From positions 64,001 through 80,574 of IMG/VR virus record IMGVR_UViG_3300032156_000005: a stretch of 16,574 bases of DNA, one strand, 5' to 3'. Positions 1-8,655 of the stretch are shown piece by piece (position 1 is the stretch's first letter; each line of letters begins with the position of its first letter). The notes beneath the pieces are model-generated. The model saw only the letters and a list, made by a program, of their open reading frames with translations. It did not search any database and was not told the origin of the DNA. Position numbers and translations under genes: made by a program. The stretch comes from a virus. Taxonomy: Duplodnaviria; Heunggongvirae; Uroviricota; Caudoviricetes.

Positions 1-2
1 GA

Positions 3-173
3 CTTAGAGTGTGTTGGACTGCCATCGAAAGCAACTACATTTTTACGGACATGCCAAAAGAAGAAAGCATCGCCCGATGCGAACTCCTGGATAGTATGGC
101 TCTTAGGACTAATCTTGACTCGCCCGAACAGCAGTACATCAATGACATAACCCGTCAGAATAAATTCAAATGA
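3..173 (+). CDS. 3' end of hypothetical protein (truncated by window edge)
   Basis: Frame open from position 3 (LRVCWTAIESNYIF...RQNKFK) to TGA 171-173, which overlaps the ATG at 170 (ATGA coupling). Confidence 0.7.
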   Translation, partial: LRVCWTAIESNYIFTDMPKEESIARCELLDSMALRTNLDSPEQQYINDITRQNKFK

Positions 174-643
174 GTACCAGAAAGTTTCAATCTGCCGATC
201 TTAACTACATCTTGGATATTGATCTCAAGTGTTTTGGCGACAACTGGGAATACCATCAGTGGAGAGAGACGGTTCAGGATGCTAATTGCGGTATCCTGAT
301 TGGAACACACAGGAGTACACCAGTGGGGTTTATTACCTGGACCAGCAAGGATCCAGAAATTCTACGCCTGGGTGTTAAACCTGACTACCAGCATCAAGGT
401 ATTGGATCCCAACTCCTTCAGACGGTTGAAATTTTGCTTGCAAAACAAGGTATCAATGAAGTGAGGCTCCCTATAACTGAGAGTCTTGTATTGGGTTCAG
501 GTAAACTCCTAAATTGGCTACTCAAGCGTGGTTATTCAGCAGGTTGCTTGTTGCGTGGTAAAGGACTGTATGCAGGTGTAACTGAGGATAAGATCGAATT
601 TCGCAAACTTCTAGTGGAGGTGACAAAGAGTGAGATTAAGTAA
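170..643 (+). CDS. GNAT family N-acetyltransferase (RimI-like)
   Basis: Acetyl-CoA motif A (ILRLGVKPDYQHQGIGSQLL) and RimI-like N-terminus (DLNYILDIDLKCFGDNW). Confidence 0.9.
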   Translation: MSTRKFQSADLNYILDIDLKCFGDNWEYHQWRETVQDANCGILIGTHRSTPVGFITWTSKDPEILRLGVKPDYQHQGIGSQLLQTVEILLAKQGINEVRLPITESLVLGSGKLLNWLLKRGYSAGCLLRGKGLYAGVTEDKIEFRKLLVEVTKSEIK

Positions 644-920
644 GTTAAATTGTCGCATGAATCGCCAGGACTTTAATGACACACGCACAGACGGTTCACA
701 CAGGTATACCAAAGCTGAACGCGGAGAGATCTATAACCAATTAGCAAAGAAATTTCTACGGGAAAAGGGGATTATTGGACCAAAGATTCCTGGACAATGG
801 ACTTACAACGACATTACTGTGACCGCTCACACCCGTTCAGAAGCTAGAGCTATGCTAAAAATGGAACTTGGACTAAAACGTCTACCCGTTGGAGCCAAGA
901 TTGAAAGGGTTATTGTATGA
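630..920 (+). CDS. Hypothetical basic protein
   Basis: GTG start 9 nt after GGAGG (616-620); ATG 657 is an alternative start. Stop overlaps next ATG (ATGA). Confidence 0.7.
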   Translation: MRLSKLNCRMNRQDFNDTRTDGSHRYTKAERGEIYNQLAKKFLREKGIIGPKIPGQWTYNDITVTAHTRSEARAMLKMELGLKRLPVGAKIERVIV

Positions 921-1132
921 TTAAACTTATTTCGGATAGACTTAAAGATGCTGAGTTAACGGGGGCCGTGCTGCTAAATATTTTTGACCATCTTGAAACG
1001 GTGATGTTAGACTCTAATTCAGGGCAATCCGCAATAACCTTGGGATACTTAAATCCAGAGGATACGCTAGAGGAAGGCACCTTTGTGCCGACAATTAACC
1101 TAGTATTAACTCGTTACCAAAAGCCGGACTGA
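917..1132 (+). CDS. Hypothetical protein (71 aa)
   Basis: Coupled at both ends (ATGA, TGATG). Confidence 0.7.
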   Translation: MIKLISDRLKDAELTGAVLLNIFDHLETVMLDSNSGQSAITLGYLNPEDTLEEGTFVPTINLVLTRYQKPD

Positions 1133-1932
1133 TGGACTATCCAACAAATGTGCATATCGAGACGACGGGTAGGTGTAACTCACGTTGCACCTTTTGTCCG
1201 CACAGTATATCTCCACGTCGAAATATGGATATGCAACCTGCCCTATTCAATAAGATACTAGGGGATCTTAAAGATATCCCACAACCATTTATACTCACGC
1301 CATTTAAGTTGGGCGAGCCAATGCTCGATCCATTCTTTTCCCGTAGATTGCTTCAAATCGAGCAGGAATTGCCTAATGCATTGTTTGAGATACACACAAA
1401 TCTCAATAAACTACCAAAAGATTTGATCTCTAGCCTACGGCGATTACATAACGTTAAGCATCTTTGGATTTCATTGAATCATTACACGAAACAAAGTTAT
1501 AAAGAGACAACCGGCCTTGATTTTGAAAAGACCGTTGCCAATATTCATAAGTTACTGGCAGCTAATTTGCCTCATAAGATTATGATCGGTCGTGTCGCAA
1601 CGTATGACATTGAAGACCAGAAGTGGAAAAAGTGGGTAGAAGAGACATTCCCATCCGCCCCCGCAGTCGTTATGGTACGCGGAGACTGGTGTACTCACGC
1701 CGATTTTCCATTATGGGCAAATCCTACCGGCGCGTGTAAACGTACCTGGGAAGTCTCTATTTGCTGTGATGGCAGGGTGGCACTATGTTGTATGGATGGC
1801 CTCTGTGAATATCCACTTGGTGACGTTAAAACCCAGCATGTTTTGGACGTATTTAATTCTCCCACAGCGAAGACAATGCGTAATATGACGCATCGACTAT
1901 GGAAACCATGTTCTACCTGTACCTTTATGTGA
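1132..1932 (+). CDS. Radical SAM protein with C-terminal SPASM/twitch domain
   Basis: CxxxCxxC (CNSRCTFC), GEP motif (LGEPMLDP), C-terminal C..DGRVALCCMD...GDV...CSTC auxiliary-cluster pattern. Confidence 0.9.
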   Translation: MDYPTNVHIETTGRCNSRCTFCPHSISPRRNMDMQPALFNKILGDLKDIPQPFILTPFKLGEPMLDPFFSRRLLQIEQELPNALFEIHTNLNKLPKDLISSLRRLHNVKHLWISLNHYTKQSYKETTGLDFEKTVANIHKLLAANLPHKIMIGRVATYDIEDQKWKKWVEETFPSAPAVVMVRGDWCTHADFPLWANPTGACKRTWEVSICCDGRVALCCMDGLCEYPLGDVKTQHVLDVFNSPTAKTMRNMTHRLWKPCSTCTFM

Positions 1933-1941
1933 GGAGATAGC

Positions 1942-3198
1942 ATGTTTGACAGTATATGGACGTTTATTCAAAGCAACTCCTTCTTTAGTGGTGGTGCTGT
2001 ACTAGCTGTACTCGGTGGTATACTCGTATACGCTAGGAGCATTCCAGGGTATCTCTGGACGTGGTCTAAAAATCGTTTAGTTACTGAAATTGACGTACCG
2101 GACAGGGACGAAGCTTTCAAGTGGATGGATATTTGGTTGTCTCAGCATCCATACAAAAAACGTTGTCGTTGGTGGACAGTCCATACAAGACGCCAGCGTG
2201 ATTTCGATGACGGGATCCAACAAGGTTATCGCGAGCGGAAAATTCCAAAGATCATCCTATCACCCGCCCCTGGGGTACACTTTTTATTCTACAAAAGTAA
2301 GTTAATGATTTTGTACCGTGAACGTAAGGATACACAAGGTAAGGGAGACACCGCCGCATTAGGTTTCCGCGAGACATTCACTATTAAACTGTTCAGCCGG
2401 AACAAACAGGTTGTCTACGACTTGTTGGAGGAAGCCCGTTGTGCCGCTAATCCGTTAGACGACGAGCGTCTACGAATTCTTCGACCCGATTACAATGAGT
2501 GGAGCGAAGTGACAAAGCGTTTATTACGCCCATTAAAATCCGTCATACTTGAAGGTGATTTGAGTGGTAGACTTTTAACTGACGTTCGGACCTTCCTTGA
2601 GTCAGAGGAATGGTATAACTCAATTGGGATCCCCTACAGGCGTGGGTATCTATTGTCTGGCCCTCCTGGTAATGGGAAGAGTTCGCTGGTTACTGCAATT
2701 GCGTCCGAATTGCGTTTGGATATTTGCACCTTAAATCTTAGTAACCACGGTCTTAATGACGAAAAACTAACTGAATTAATGGCGAATGTACCCATAAACA
2801 GTTTAGTTTTAATCGAGGATATTGATTGTGTTTTTCATGCACGTAAGAAGGTTGACGATTTGGAGTCTGTAACCTTTTCGGGATTGTTGAACGCTATTGA
2901 TGGTGTTATGTCGAGTGAAGGTCGGTTACTGTTTTGTACAACCAACCACAAAGAAGTCCTGGATCCGGCTCTAACTCGCCCAGGTCGTATAGATGTGGAT
3001 ATTGTGATTGACAATGCCACCCGTGTACAAGCCTCTCAATTATTCATTCGATTTTTTCCAGACATGGCTGATCTTGCAGAGGGCTTTGGCGAGAAGATAA
3101 TGCATGCGCCCGTTTCAATGGCACACTTGCAAGGACACCTTTTGAAATATCGAAACGACCCACTTACAGCCCTTGCCACTCCGATTAGTGAAGCCTAA
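1942..3198 (+). CDS. BCS1: BCS1-family membrane-anchored AAA+ ATPase
   Basis: N-terminal TM helix (FFSGGAVLAVLGGILVYA); BCS1_N-like segments (EAFKWMDIWL, LSPAPGVHFLFYK, RETFTIKLF); GIPYRRGYLLSGPPGNGKS Walker A; LIEDID Walker B; VTFSGLLNAIDG; TTNH..LDPALTRPGRID; C-terminal SMAHLQGHLL. SD GAGGAG at 1931. Confidence 0.88.
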   Translation: MFDSIWTFIQSNSFFSGGAVLAVLGGILVYARSIPGYLWTWSKNRLVTEIDVPDRDEAFKWMDIWLSQHPYKKRCRWWTVHTRRQRDFDDGIQQGYRERKIPKIILSPAPGVHFLFYKSKLMILYRERKDTQGKGDTAALGFRETFTIKLFSRNKQVVYDLLEEARCAANPLDDERLRILRPDYNEWSEVTKRLLRPLKSVILEGDLSGRLLTDVRTFLESEEWYNSIGIPYRRGYLLSGPPGNGKSSLVTAIASELRLDICTLNLSNHGLNDEKLTELMANVPINSLVLIEDIDCVFHARKKVDDLESVTFSGLLNAIDGVMSSEGRLLFCTTNHKEVLDPALTRPGRIDVDIVIDNATRVQASQLFIRFFPDMADLAEGFGEKIMHAPVSMAHLQGHLLKYRNDPLTALATPISEA

Positions 3199-3228
3199 TT
3201 GGTATGAAATTTGCACTACAGGATCAAT

Positions 3229-4080
3229 ATGAAACACATCTTAGTTATTCTCGCATTACTGATCGCTAACGTTGCTTTTTCGCAGCAACCTGAGTCTCTA
3301 AAGAAACATGTTGAGTTTCTCGCATCCCCAGAACTAAAGGGCCGGAAGGCCGGTTCTGAGGGATGTAACAAGGCTGCGGATTACATAAGTCAGCAGTTAA
3401 AACAGATGGGATACACGCCTGAATTTCAGGATTTTACGATGGGGAGGTCTAAGACAAAAAATGTTCTAGCCGCCAGAGTCGGACCCCTAGATTCAGTGAT
3501 CGTTGTCGGGGCACATTATGACGCTGTGGGTCCGATTCGTAACTCGTTCTGTCCCGGTGCCGATGATAATGCCTCTGGAGTTGCGGCAGTTTTGGAACTC
3601 GCCAAGATGCTAAAAACAAGTCGCCGTACTATCCTATTTCTCTTCTTCTCGGGGGAAGAGGACGGACTGATCGGATCCGCATACTATGTAAAGCACCCTA
3701 AATATCCGAACAATAAGACAGTGTTCATGCTCAACCTCGACATGATCGGGTATCTGAAGGCCAATCCGCAGGCCAGCATCCCTGATGTCCATAAACTCTT
3801 GAAGGCTCTTTATATCGAATACCCATTCGCACCGGGTATAGTTATTTTAGGGGGTACCGATAGCGACCAGGAATCGTTTGCGAACATTGGCATACCAGTT
3901 GCATTCCTTCATACTGGCTTGCATCCATACTACCACAAGGTGGGGGATACTTCGGATAAGTTGAATTACGCGGGGATGGAACAAATTGTTAAATTCTCAT
4001 ATGATTTAATAAAAGCACTTGAAAATCACGATCTACCAGACTATAATATAACAGGGAGAAAAATCTATGGCAAGCGTTAA
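3229..4080 (+). CDS. Secreted M28-family (M20/M25/M40 clan) metallo-aminopeptidase
   Basis: Signal peptide MKHILVILALLIANVAFS; Zn ligands in GAHYD, GADDNASG, SGEEDG, NLDMIG, YHKVGDT. ATG 3229 preferred over TTG 3211. Confidence 0.92.
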   Translation: MKHILVILALLIANVAFSQQPESLKKHVEFLASPELKGRKAGSEGCNKAADYISQQLKQMGYTPEFQDFTMGRSKTKNVLAARVGPLDSVIVVGAHYDAVGPIRNSFCPGADDNASGVAAVLELAKMLKTSRRTILFLFFSGEEDGLIGSAYYVKHPKYPNNKTVFMLNLDMIGYLKANPQASIPDVHKLLKALYIEYPFAPGIVILGGTDSDQESFANIGIPVAFLHTGLHPYYHKVGDTSDKLNYAGMEQIVKFSYDLIKALENHDLPDYNITGRKIYGKR

Positions 4081-4315
4081 ATACTATGGTCTCGAACGAG
4101 AATTCGAGCAAAACTGGGTTAAGTGTGGTCTTGTTGGCGTCACAACCGGACAGACTTATAGCGAAGTGCGGGCAGCACTGGACTTATTGGAGGGTTTCCG
4201 AGTGGTCCCCGTCGAACAACCTGCGGATTGGGCCGGTGTTTTTAACTCCGGGCGTATCATGGAACTCACAACACTTTGCACAGCGATCAGAATCCTGTGT
4301 ACCAAGGAAGTATGA
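4067..4315 (+). CDS. Hypothetical protein (82 aa)
   Basis: SD GGGAG upstream; overlaps neighbours at both ends. Confidence 0.7.
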   Translation: MASVKYYGLEREFEQNWVKCGLVGVTTGQTYSEVRAALDLLEGFRVVPVEQPADWAGVFNSGRIMELTTLCTAIRILCTKEV

Positions 4316-4479
4316 AAGACGACCGGAAGAATAAAGATTTCCTCGAATACATTTGCTGCCCGACAGCTATGAACATGTCGTTAGAGGCCGTTATACTCTG
4401 GATTCAACAGAATTTGTATCCAGAGGATGTTTTTAGTGCTGAATCTCTTAGGGATTGGGCCGGGGACTTCGACGACTAA
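4312..4479 (+). CDS. Hypothetical acidic protein (55 aa)
   Basis: ATGA overlap at 4312-4315; stop TAA 1 nt before the MTase ATG. Confidence 0.65.
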   Translation: MKDDRKNKDFLEYICCPTAMNMSLEAVILWIQQNLYPEDVFSAESLRDWAGDFDD

Positions 4480-4480
4480 T

Positions 4481-5263
4481 ATGCATCAAGTAATTTGTAC
4501 CGACGCTCTGAAGTTACTCTCGACGATTGATTATGTCCGCATGATAATGGCGGATCCTCCGGACAACATTGGCTTAAAATATGCCACATACAAGGATAAA
4601 AAAGCCACAAAGGATTACCGAGATTGGCTGGCTCAGGTTATTGAATTAGCAACGGCTAAGTGTGATATATTCTGGCTGTCTTATAATGCGAAATGGACAT
4701 TTGCCGTCGGTCGAATAGTGTCTGAACTAATGGATAAGTACCAGGGTCTGCAAGCTAAACCCTGTGTGCAAGTCTTCACATTTGGGCAGCATAATCAGCA
4801 TGACCTGGGAAATAACCACAGACCACTAGTACGTATTACACAGGAGAATACTGTACTATACCCAGACGCAATACGAGTACCGGCTTGGAGACAGGAACAT
4901 GGTGACTCTCGCGCAGATCCACGAGGGCGCGTCCCCAGCGATGTTTTCGATGTCCCGAGGGTAACTGGTAATTCCAAGGAACGCCGTAGTTGGCACCCAA
5001 CTCAATTGGGTGAACGGTTAGTTGAGAGGTGTGTTAAGTTAAGTTGTCAACCGTATGATACGGTGGTTGACCCGTTTGCAGGGACAGGAACCACACTACG
5101 AGTTTGTAAGCGATTGGGTGTATCCTGTACGACCAGCGATATCGACCCTGAATACTGTAAGAAGATTGCCGAGGAAAACAATCTACAACCGGCGATTACC
5201 AATTTCTGGCCAAATGGTCGGTGGTATGCTGGAAATGGCACGGGACTTGCACATGGAGTATAA
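4481..5263 (+). CDS. Orphan beta-class DNA N6-adenine/N4-cytosine methyltransferase
   Basis: Motif IV-like DPPDNIG near the N-terminus, HPTQLGERLVERCV, motif I VVDPFAGTGTT near the C-terminus. ATG 4481 preferred. Confidence 0.88.
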   Translation: MHQVICTDALKLLSTIDYVRMIMADPPDNIGLKYATYKDKKATKDYRDWLAQVIELATAKCDIFWLSYNAKWTFAVGRIVSELMDKYQGLQAKPCVQVFTFGQHNQHDLGNNHRPLVRITQENTVLYPDAIRVPAWRQEHGDSRADPRGRVPSDVFDVPRVTGNSKERRSWHPTQLGERLVERCVKLSCQPYDTVVDPFAGTGTTLRVCKRLGVSCTTSDIDPEYCKKIAEENNLQPAITNFWPNGRWYAGNGTGLAHGV

Positions 5264-5265
5264 GC

Positions 5266-5454
5266 ATGCAAAACTCTAACTACTACATGTATGGAAACTC
5301 ACACTGTTGGCACTGTGGTTTGGTTTATGCCGACGAACAGCTAAAAGGTATTCTACAGTCAGAGTGTCCGCGATGCGGATGCTTGACAGCTAGATTCACA
5401 CCAGTCACTGACGATTTAGAATCAATAATGGGGCCATGTAATGAGATGGACTGA
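5266..5454 (+). CDS. Small Zn-ribbon protein
   Basis: CWHC...CPRC; SD GGAG at 5255. Confidence 0.7.
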   Translation: MQNSNYYMYGNSHCWHCGLVYADEQLKGILQSECPRCGCLTARFTPVTDDLESIMGPCNEMD

Positions 5455-5698
5455 ACTCGTGAAGAACGGTTGTCCAGATTGTGGTAGTTCATATTCACAA
5501 CTTTGTATGAATCAGATAATCGTTTGCTCTACTTGTGGTTGGGCGATACTAGAAGAAGAGGTCGAAGGGTGGATTTCTGGTGTAGAAGAATACCGTGTAT
5601 GTAATTATCGTGGTGCTTTTGTCGCCCCTGAGACTTGTGATTTAGATAGTATGGAATGCTCTAATTGTGGAAATATGACTTGCGAGGAGATAGTATGA
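5441..5698 (+). CDS. Cys-rich Zn-ribbon protein
   Basis: CPDC, CSTC and CSNC knuckles plus extra Cys. Confidence 0.7.
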   Translation: MRWTELVKNGCPDCGSSYSQLCMNQIIVCSTCGWAILEEEVEGWISGVEEYRVCNYRGAFVAPETCDLDSMECSNCGNMTCEEIV

Positions 5699-5931
5699 GT
5701 AATGTACTAGATTTTACTGGAAATCCAATTGAAGCTGGCGACGTTATTGCCTACCCGGTACGACGTGGTAGTGACATGTGGTTACGTACCTTGCGTGTCT
5801 CGCATATTGAAACTATCAGATCGACCGTGCCCATCTACCATATCTGTGGATCAAATGATACGGGTAGGACTGTGAAATTGGAAAATGCAGATCGCTGTAT
5901 AGTCATTAATAAGGCCGTCAAACTTGGATAA
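5695..5931 (+). CDS. Hypothetical protein, SH3/KOW-like phage type
   Basis: SD GAGGAG at 5684, ATGA overlap; DFTGNPIEAGDVIAY opening typical of small beta-barrel phage proteins (fold inferred). Confidence 0.7.
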   Translation: MSNVLDFTGNPIEAGDVIAYPVRRGSDMWLRTLRVSHIETIRSTVPIYHICGSNDTGRTVKLENADRCIVINKAVKLG

Positions 5932-6217
5932 GCAGGTGAGTGAATTATACTGGGACGCGGGCGAAAGCGACCAAAGTTTTTTCGACCGGGTGGATTCATT
6001 TGGTGGATGGCCACTCGGTTTTAGCTACGTAGCCGCTTTTCATTGTTGTAACCAACATCGACCAGTAGAATTTTGTAATCAAAGACGACAGACCGAGTGG
6101 TGGACGTCCATCTATTCTGCGGACGATTATTACTGGTTTAGGATGTCAGAGACGTTCAAGCAAAATGTTAAAAGTAGTTACATAGATCAGTTTAAGAGGA
6201 AAATACAACGTCTGTGA
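5924..6217 (+). CDS. Hypothetical protein
   Basis: TTG start overlapping upstream stop; GTGA coupling downstream. Confidence 0.6.
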   Translation: MDKQVSELYWDAGESDQSFFDRVDSFGGWPLGFSYVAAFHCCNQHRPVEFCNQRRQTEWWTSIYSADDYYWFRMSETFKQNVKSSYIDQFKRKIQRL

Positions 6218-6444
6218 ATGACCATGATCCAGTTTGGGGCACTACCGCTGGCCGCGATATCATACTCTATGTATTGAGGGACCTGCGGCGGCAAATTGCT
6301 AATTATATTGGTAGTAAGCCTAGATACATCTTGGACGTGGCAAAGGAATCCGATTGTGATTATCGACCTATTACTCTCAGTATCCGTGAACTACGACTCT
6401 TGAGATACGCTCTTAGTGTCGCACTGGGTGAAGAACGAATTTAA
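6214..6444 (+). CDS. Hypothetical protein
   Basis: GTGA overlap; fills the operon gap. Confidence 0.65.
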   Translation: MNDHDPVWGTTAGRDIILYVLRDLRRQIANYIGSKPRYILDVAKESDCDYRPITLSIRELRLLRYALSVALGEERI

Positions 6445-6490
6445 CGCCAAAGCAATATTATCAAATAGACACATATATTGGAGATAACAA

Positions 6491-6805
6491 ATGCCTCAGT
6501 ATGATTTTACTTGTCAGAAATGCGAATACACGTGGACCGACCTTCAACGTTTTGATGATCCACCACCTAAGTGCCCAGAATGTAAGTCCAAAGACACCAT
6601 GCGGCACTTCCCATGCCCGGCTGTACATATCTTCTATTCTCCCTGTCATCCAAGGCATAAACGTGGTATGGTAGGACAGAAGCCACCAAAACTGACACCA
6701 CAATTTCGGGAGAAGACCCTTGCGAAGCGAAAAACTAGAATTCAAGCCGACGACACGATTCAACCCCGAAAATCTAAGTCGCGCAAATCAAAAGATTTGG
6801 ATTAG
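6491..6805 (+). CDS. FmdB-family Zn-ribbon protein with basic tail
   Basis: MPQYDFTCQKC...CPEC signature; SD GGAG at about 6480. Confidence 0.85.
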   Translation: MPQYDFTCQKCEYTWTDLQRFDDPPPKCPECKSKDTMRHFPCPAVHIFYSPCHPRHKRGMVGQKPPKLTPQFREKTLAKRKTRIQADDTIQPRKSKSRKSKDLD

Positions 6806-7181
6806 TTCGTGCGGCAAGTATCGTATTAGGTGGCGAAATCAATACAAGCGTGTTGATATGTTGCCACGTTACTACGCCCTAAAACTCAGCAAGACATCAG
6901 ACGACCGATATTATTGGGATTTTGCTCTGGAACGCCGACCATACAAAACGTATAAAAAAGCATACCAAGCCTGTTGTAAATCAGCAGGTATCGTGCTAGT
7001 GGAAAAACCACAGCGTAAACGTATATGTCGTGGGCGAGAAATTTGGGAGGATATTCCAGCAAGTTTAGTGGCTCCAGCCAATATTCCGAGAAAGAAGAAG
7101 GTTGTGGCACCAAAATTGCAGGATCTACCAGTGCAGAAACGACGCGGACGACCCAAGGGATCTAAAAACAAGGTAAAATAA
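6720..7181 (+). CDS. Basic hypothetical protein with C-terminal AT-hook
   Basis: KRRGRPKGSKNK at the C-terminus. Start uncertain: TTG 6720 gives an 86-nt overlap; ATG 6858 is the alternative. Confidence 0.7.
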   Translation: MRSEKLEFKPTTRFNPENLSRANQKIWISSCGKYRIRWRNQYKRVDMLPRYYALKLSKTSDDRYYWDFALERRPYKTYKKAYQACCKSAGIVLVEKPQRKRICRGREIWEDIPASLVAPANIPRKKKVVAPKLQDLPVQKRRGRPKGSKNKVK

Positions 7182-7828
7182 TGTATTCAAAAGAACAGAT
7201 TGCGGCGGCCCTGGATTACACGATCATTAAGCCAACAACAAGCCAGTTTGATGTTGTAGAGGCGTGTAAATTGGCAGAACAGGAGAAGTTCGCGTCCGTC
7301 TGTGTTAGGCCGTGTGACGTTAAGTTGGCTGCTAACTTTAATGCACCCATCTCTACAGTTATTGGTTTTCCACATGGGAGCAATACTCCAGAGATTAAAC
7401 GCTTGGAGGCTCAACAAGCGATCAAGGATGGTGCCAGTGAATTAGACATAGTTATGAATTATTCGCGTTTTGCTGATAATTATCAGAACTATGTTGAAAA
7501 TGAATTGCAGCATATTCTCGGGAATCGGCCCTTGAAGGCGGTGATTAAAATAATTTTAGAAGTCTGCTACTTAACCCACGAACAAATTACCGCTGCGTGC
7601 CAACTAATTCAACGATTCCCTTGTGTGTCGTATGTGAAGACATCAACAGGATTTGGACCATCTGGTGCCAAGGTCGAATCGATTGAAGCCATGAAGCGCG
7701 GCATTGAGGGGTCGGCACTACAGATTAAGGCTAGTGGATCCATACGCACTTATGAAGACGTTGCAAAGTATCTTGATCTTGGTTGTACTCGAATCGGTTG
7801 CTCAAAGTGGAGTGAAATATGCAGTTAA
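7181..7828 (+). CDS. deoC: Deoxyribose-phosphate aldolase (DERA)
   Basis: ALDYT, FASVCV, TVIGFPHG, GASELDIVMN, KIILE, catalytic KTSTGF, IKASGSIR, GCTRIG motifs. Confidence 0.95.
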   Translation: MYSKEQIAAALDYTIIKPTTSQFDVVEACKLAEQEKFASVCVRPCDVKLAANFNAPISTVIGFPHGSNTPEIKRLEAQQAIKDGASELDIVMNYSRFADNYQNYVENELQHILGNRPLKAVIKIILEVCYLTHEQITAACQLIQRFPCVSYVKTSTGFGPSGAKVESIEAMKRGIEGSALQIKASGSIRTYEDVAKYLDLGCTRIGCSKWSEICS

Positions 7829-8655
7829 ATGAACCCATGCGTCTAAGGCAATGTCGCTACGGACCAATGCTCTATCTGTCCACTGACCAATATATCGGTC
7901 AGGCCCTGGATAAATATGGTGAATTCTCCGAGGGGGAGGTCCATCTGTTTAGACAGATTGTTAAGGAAAACTGGACAGTATTAGATGTAGGTGCGAATCA
8001 CGGGGCTCACACAGTTGCCCTGGCAAAGTTGGTGAGTCAGTGGGGGCATGTCCATGCATTTGAACCACAACGAATTCTGTTCCAAATTGCTTGTGCAAAC
8101 GTGGCACTAAATGCGTTACCCAATGTCTATATGCACAACGTCGCCGTCGGTAGTGCTCCTGGCGTGTTGCATGTTCCACGTGTCGAGTATACACGTGCCA
8201 GTAACTTTGGAGCAGTAGAACTCGGGGATTCTGGCGAACCAGTGCCAGTGATTACTCTAGATTCACTAAATCTAGAGTCCTGCCATTTTATTAAGGCAGA
8301 CGCAGAGGGTATGGAAGGTGAGATTGTTGCTGGTGCAGGAACATTAATATCACGGTTTAAACCAATCTGGTACGTTGAGAATGACCGGGAGGACAAGTCC
8401 CCGAGTTTAATCCAGCAGATGTGGGATCTAGATTATGAACTGTTCTACCATTTACCGTACTACTTTAATGGATATAACTACAGCGGACAAACTGAGAATA
8501 TCTATGGCGGGACAATCTCGGTAAATATGCTGTGTGTCCCACGGACCAGTACATGCAGTTATAATATGCGGACATTAACAATTCCGGAAGGATGCTTCCC
8601 TATTACTAGCATCGCGGACACTTGGAAAACTGTGTATGAATCGTCTAAGAAATAA
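7819..8655 (+). CDS. FkbM-family SAM-dependent methyltransferase
   Basis: VLDVGANHGAHT, VHAFEPQ, FIKADAEGME, PIWYVEN motifs. Confidence 0.92.
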   Translation: MQLNEPMRLRQCRYGPMLYLSTDQYIGQALDKYGEFSEGEVHLFRQIVKENWTVLDVGANHGAHTVALAKLVSQWGHVHAFEPQRILFQIACANVALNALPNVYMHNVAVGSAPGVLHVPRVEYTRASNFGAVELGDSGEPVPVITLDSLNLESCHFIKADAEGMEGEIVAGAGTLISRFKPIWYVENDREDKSPSLIQQMWDLDYELFYHLPYYFNGYNYSGQTENIYGGTISVNMLCVPRTSTCSYNMRTLTIPEGCFPITSIADTWKTVYESSKK

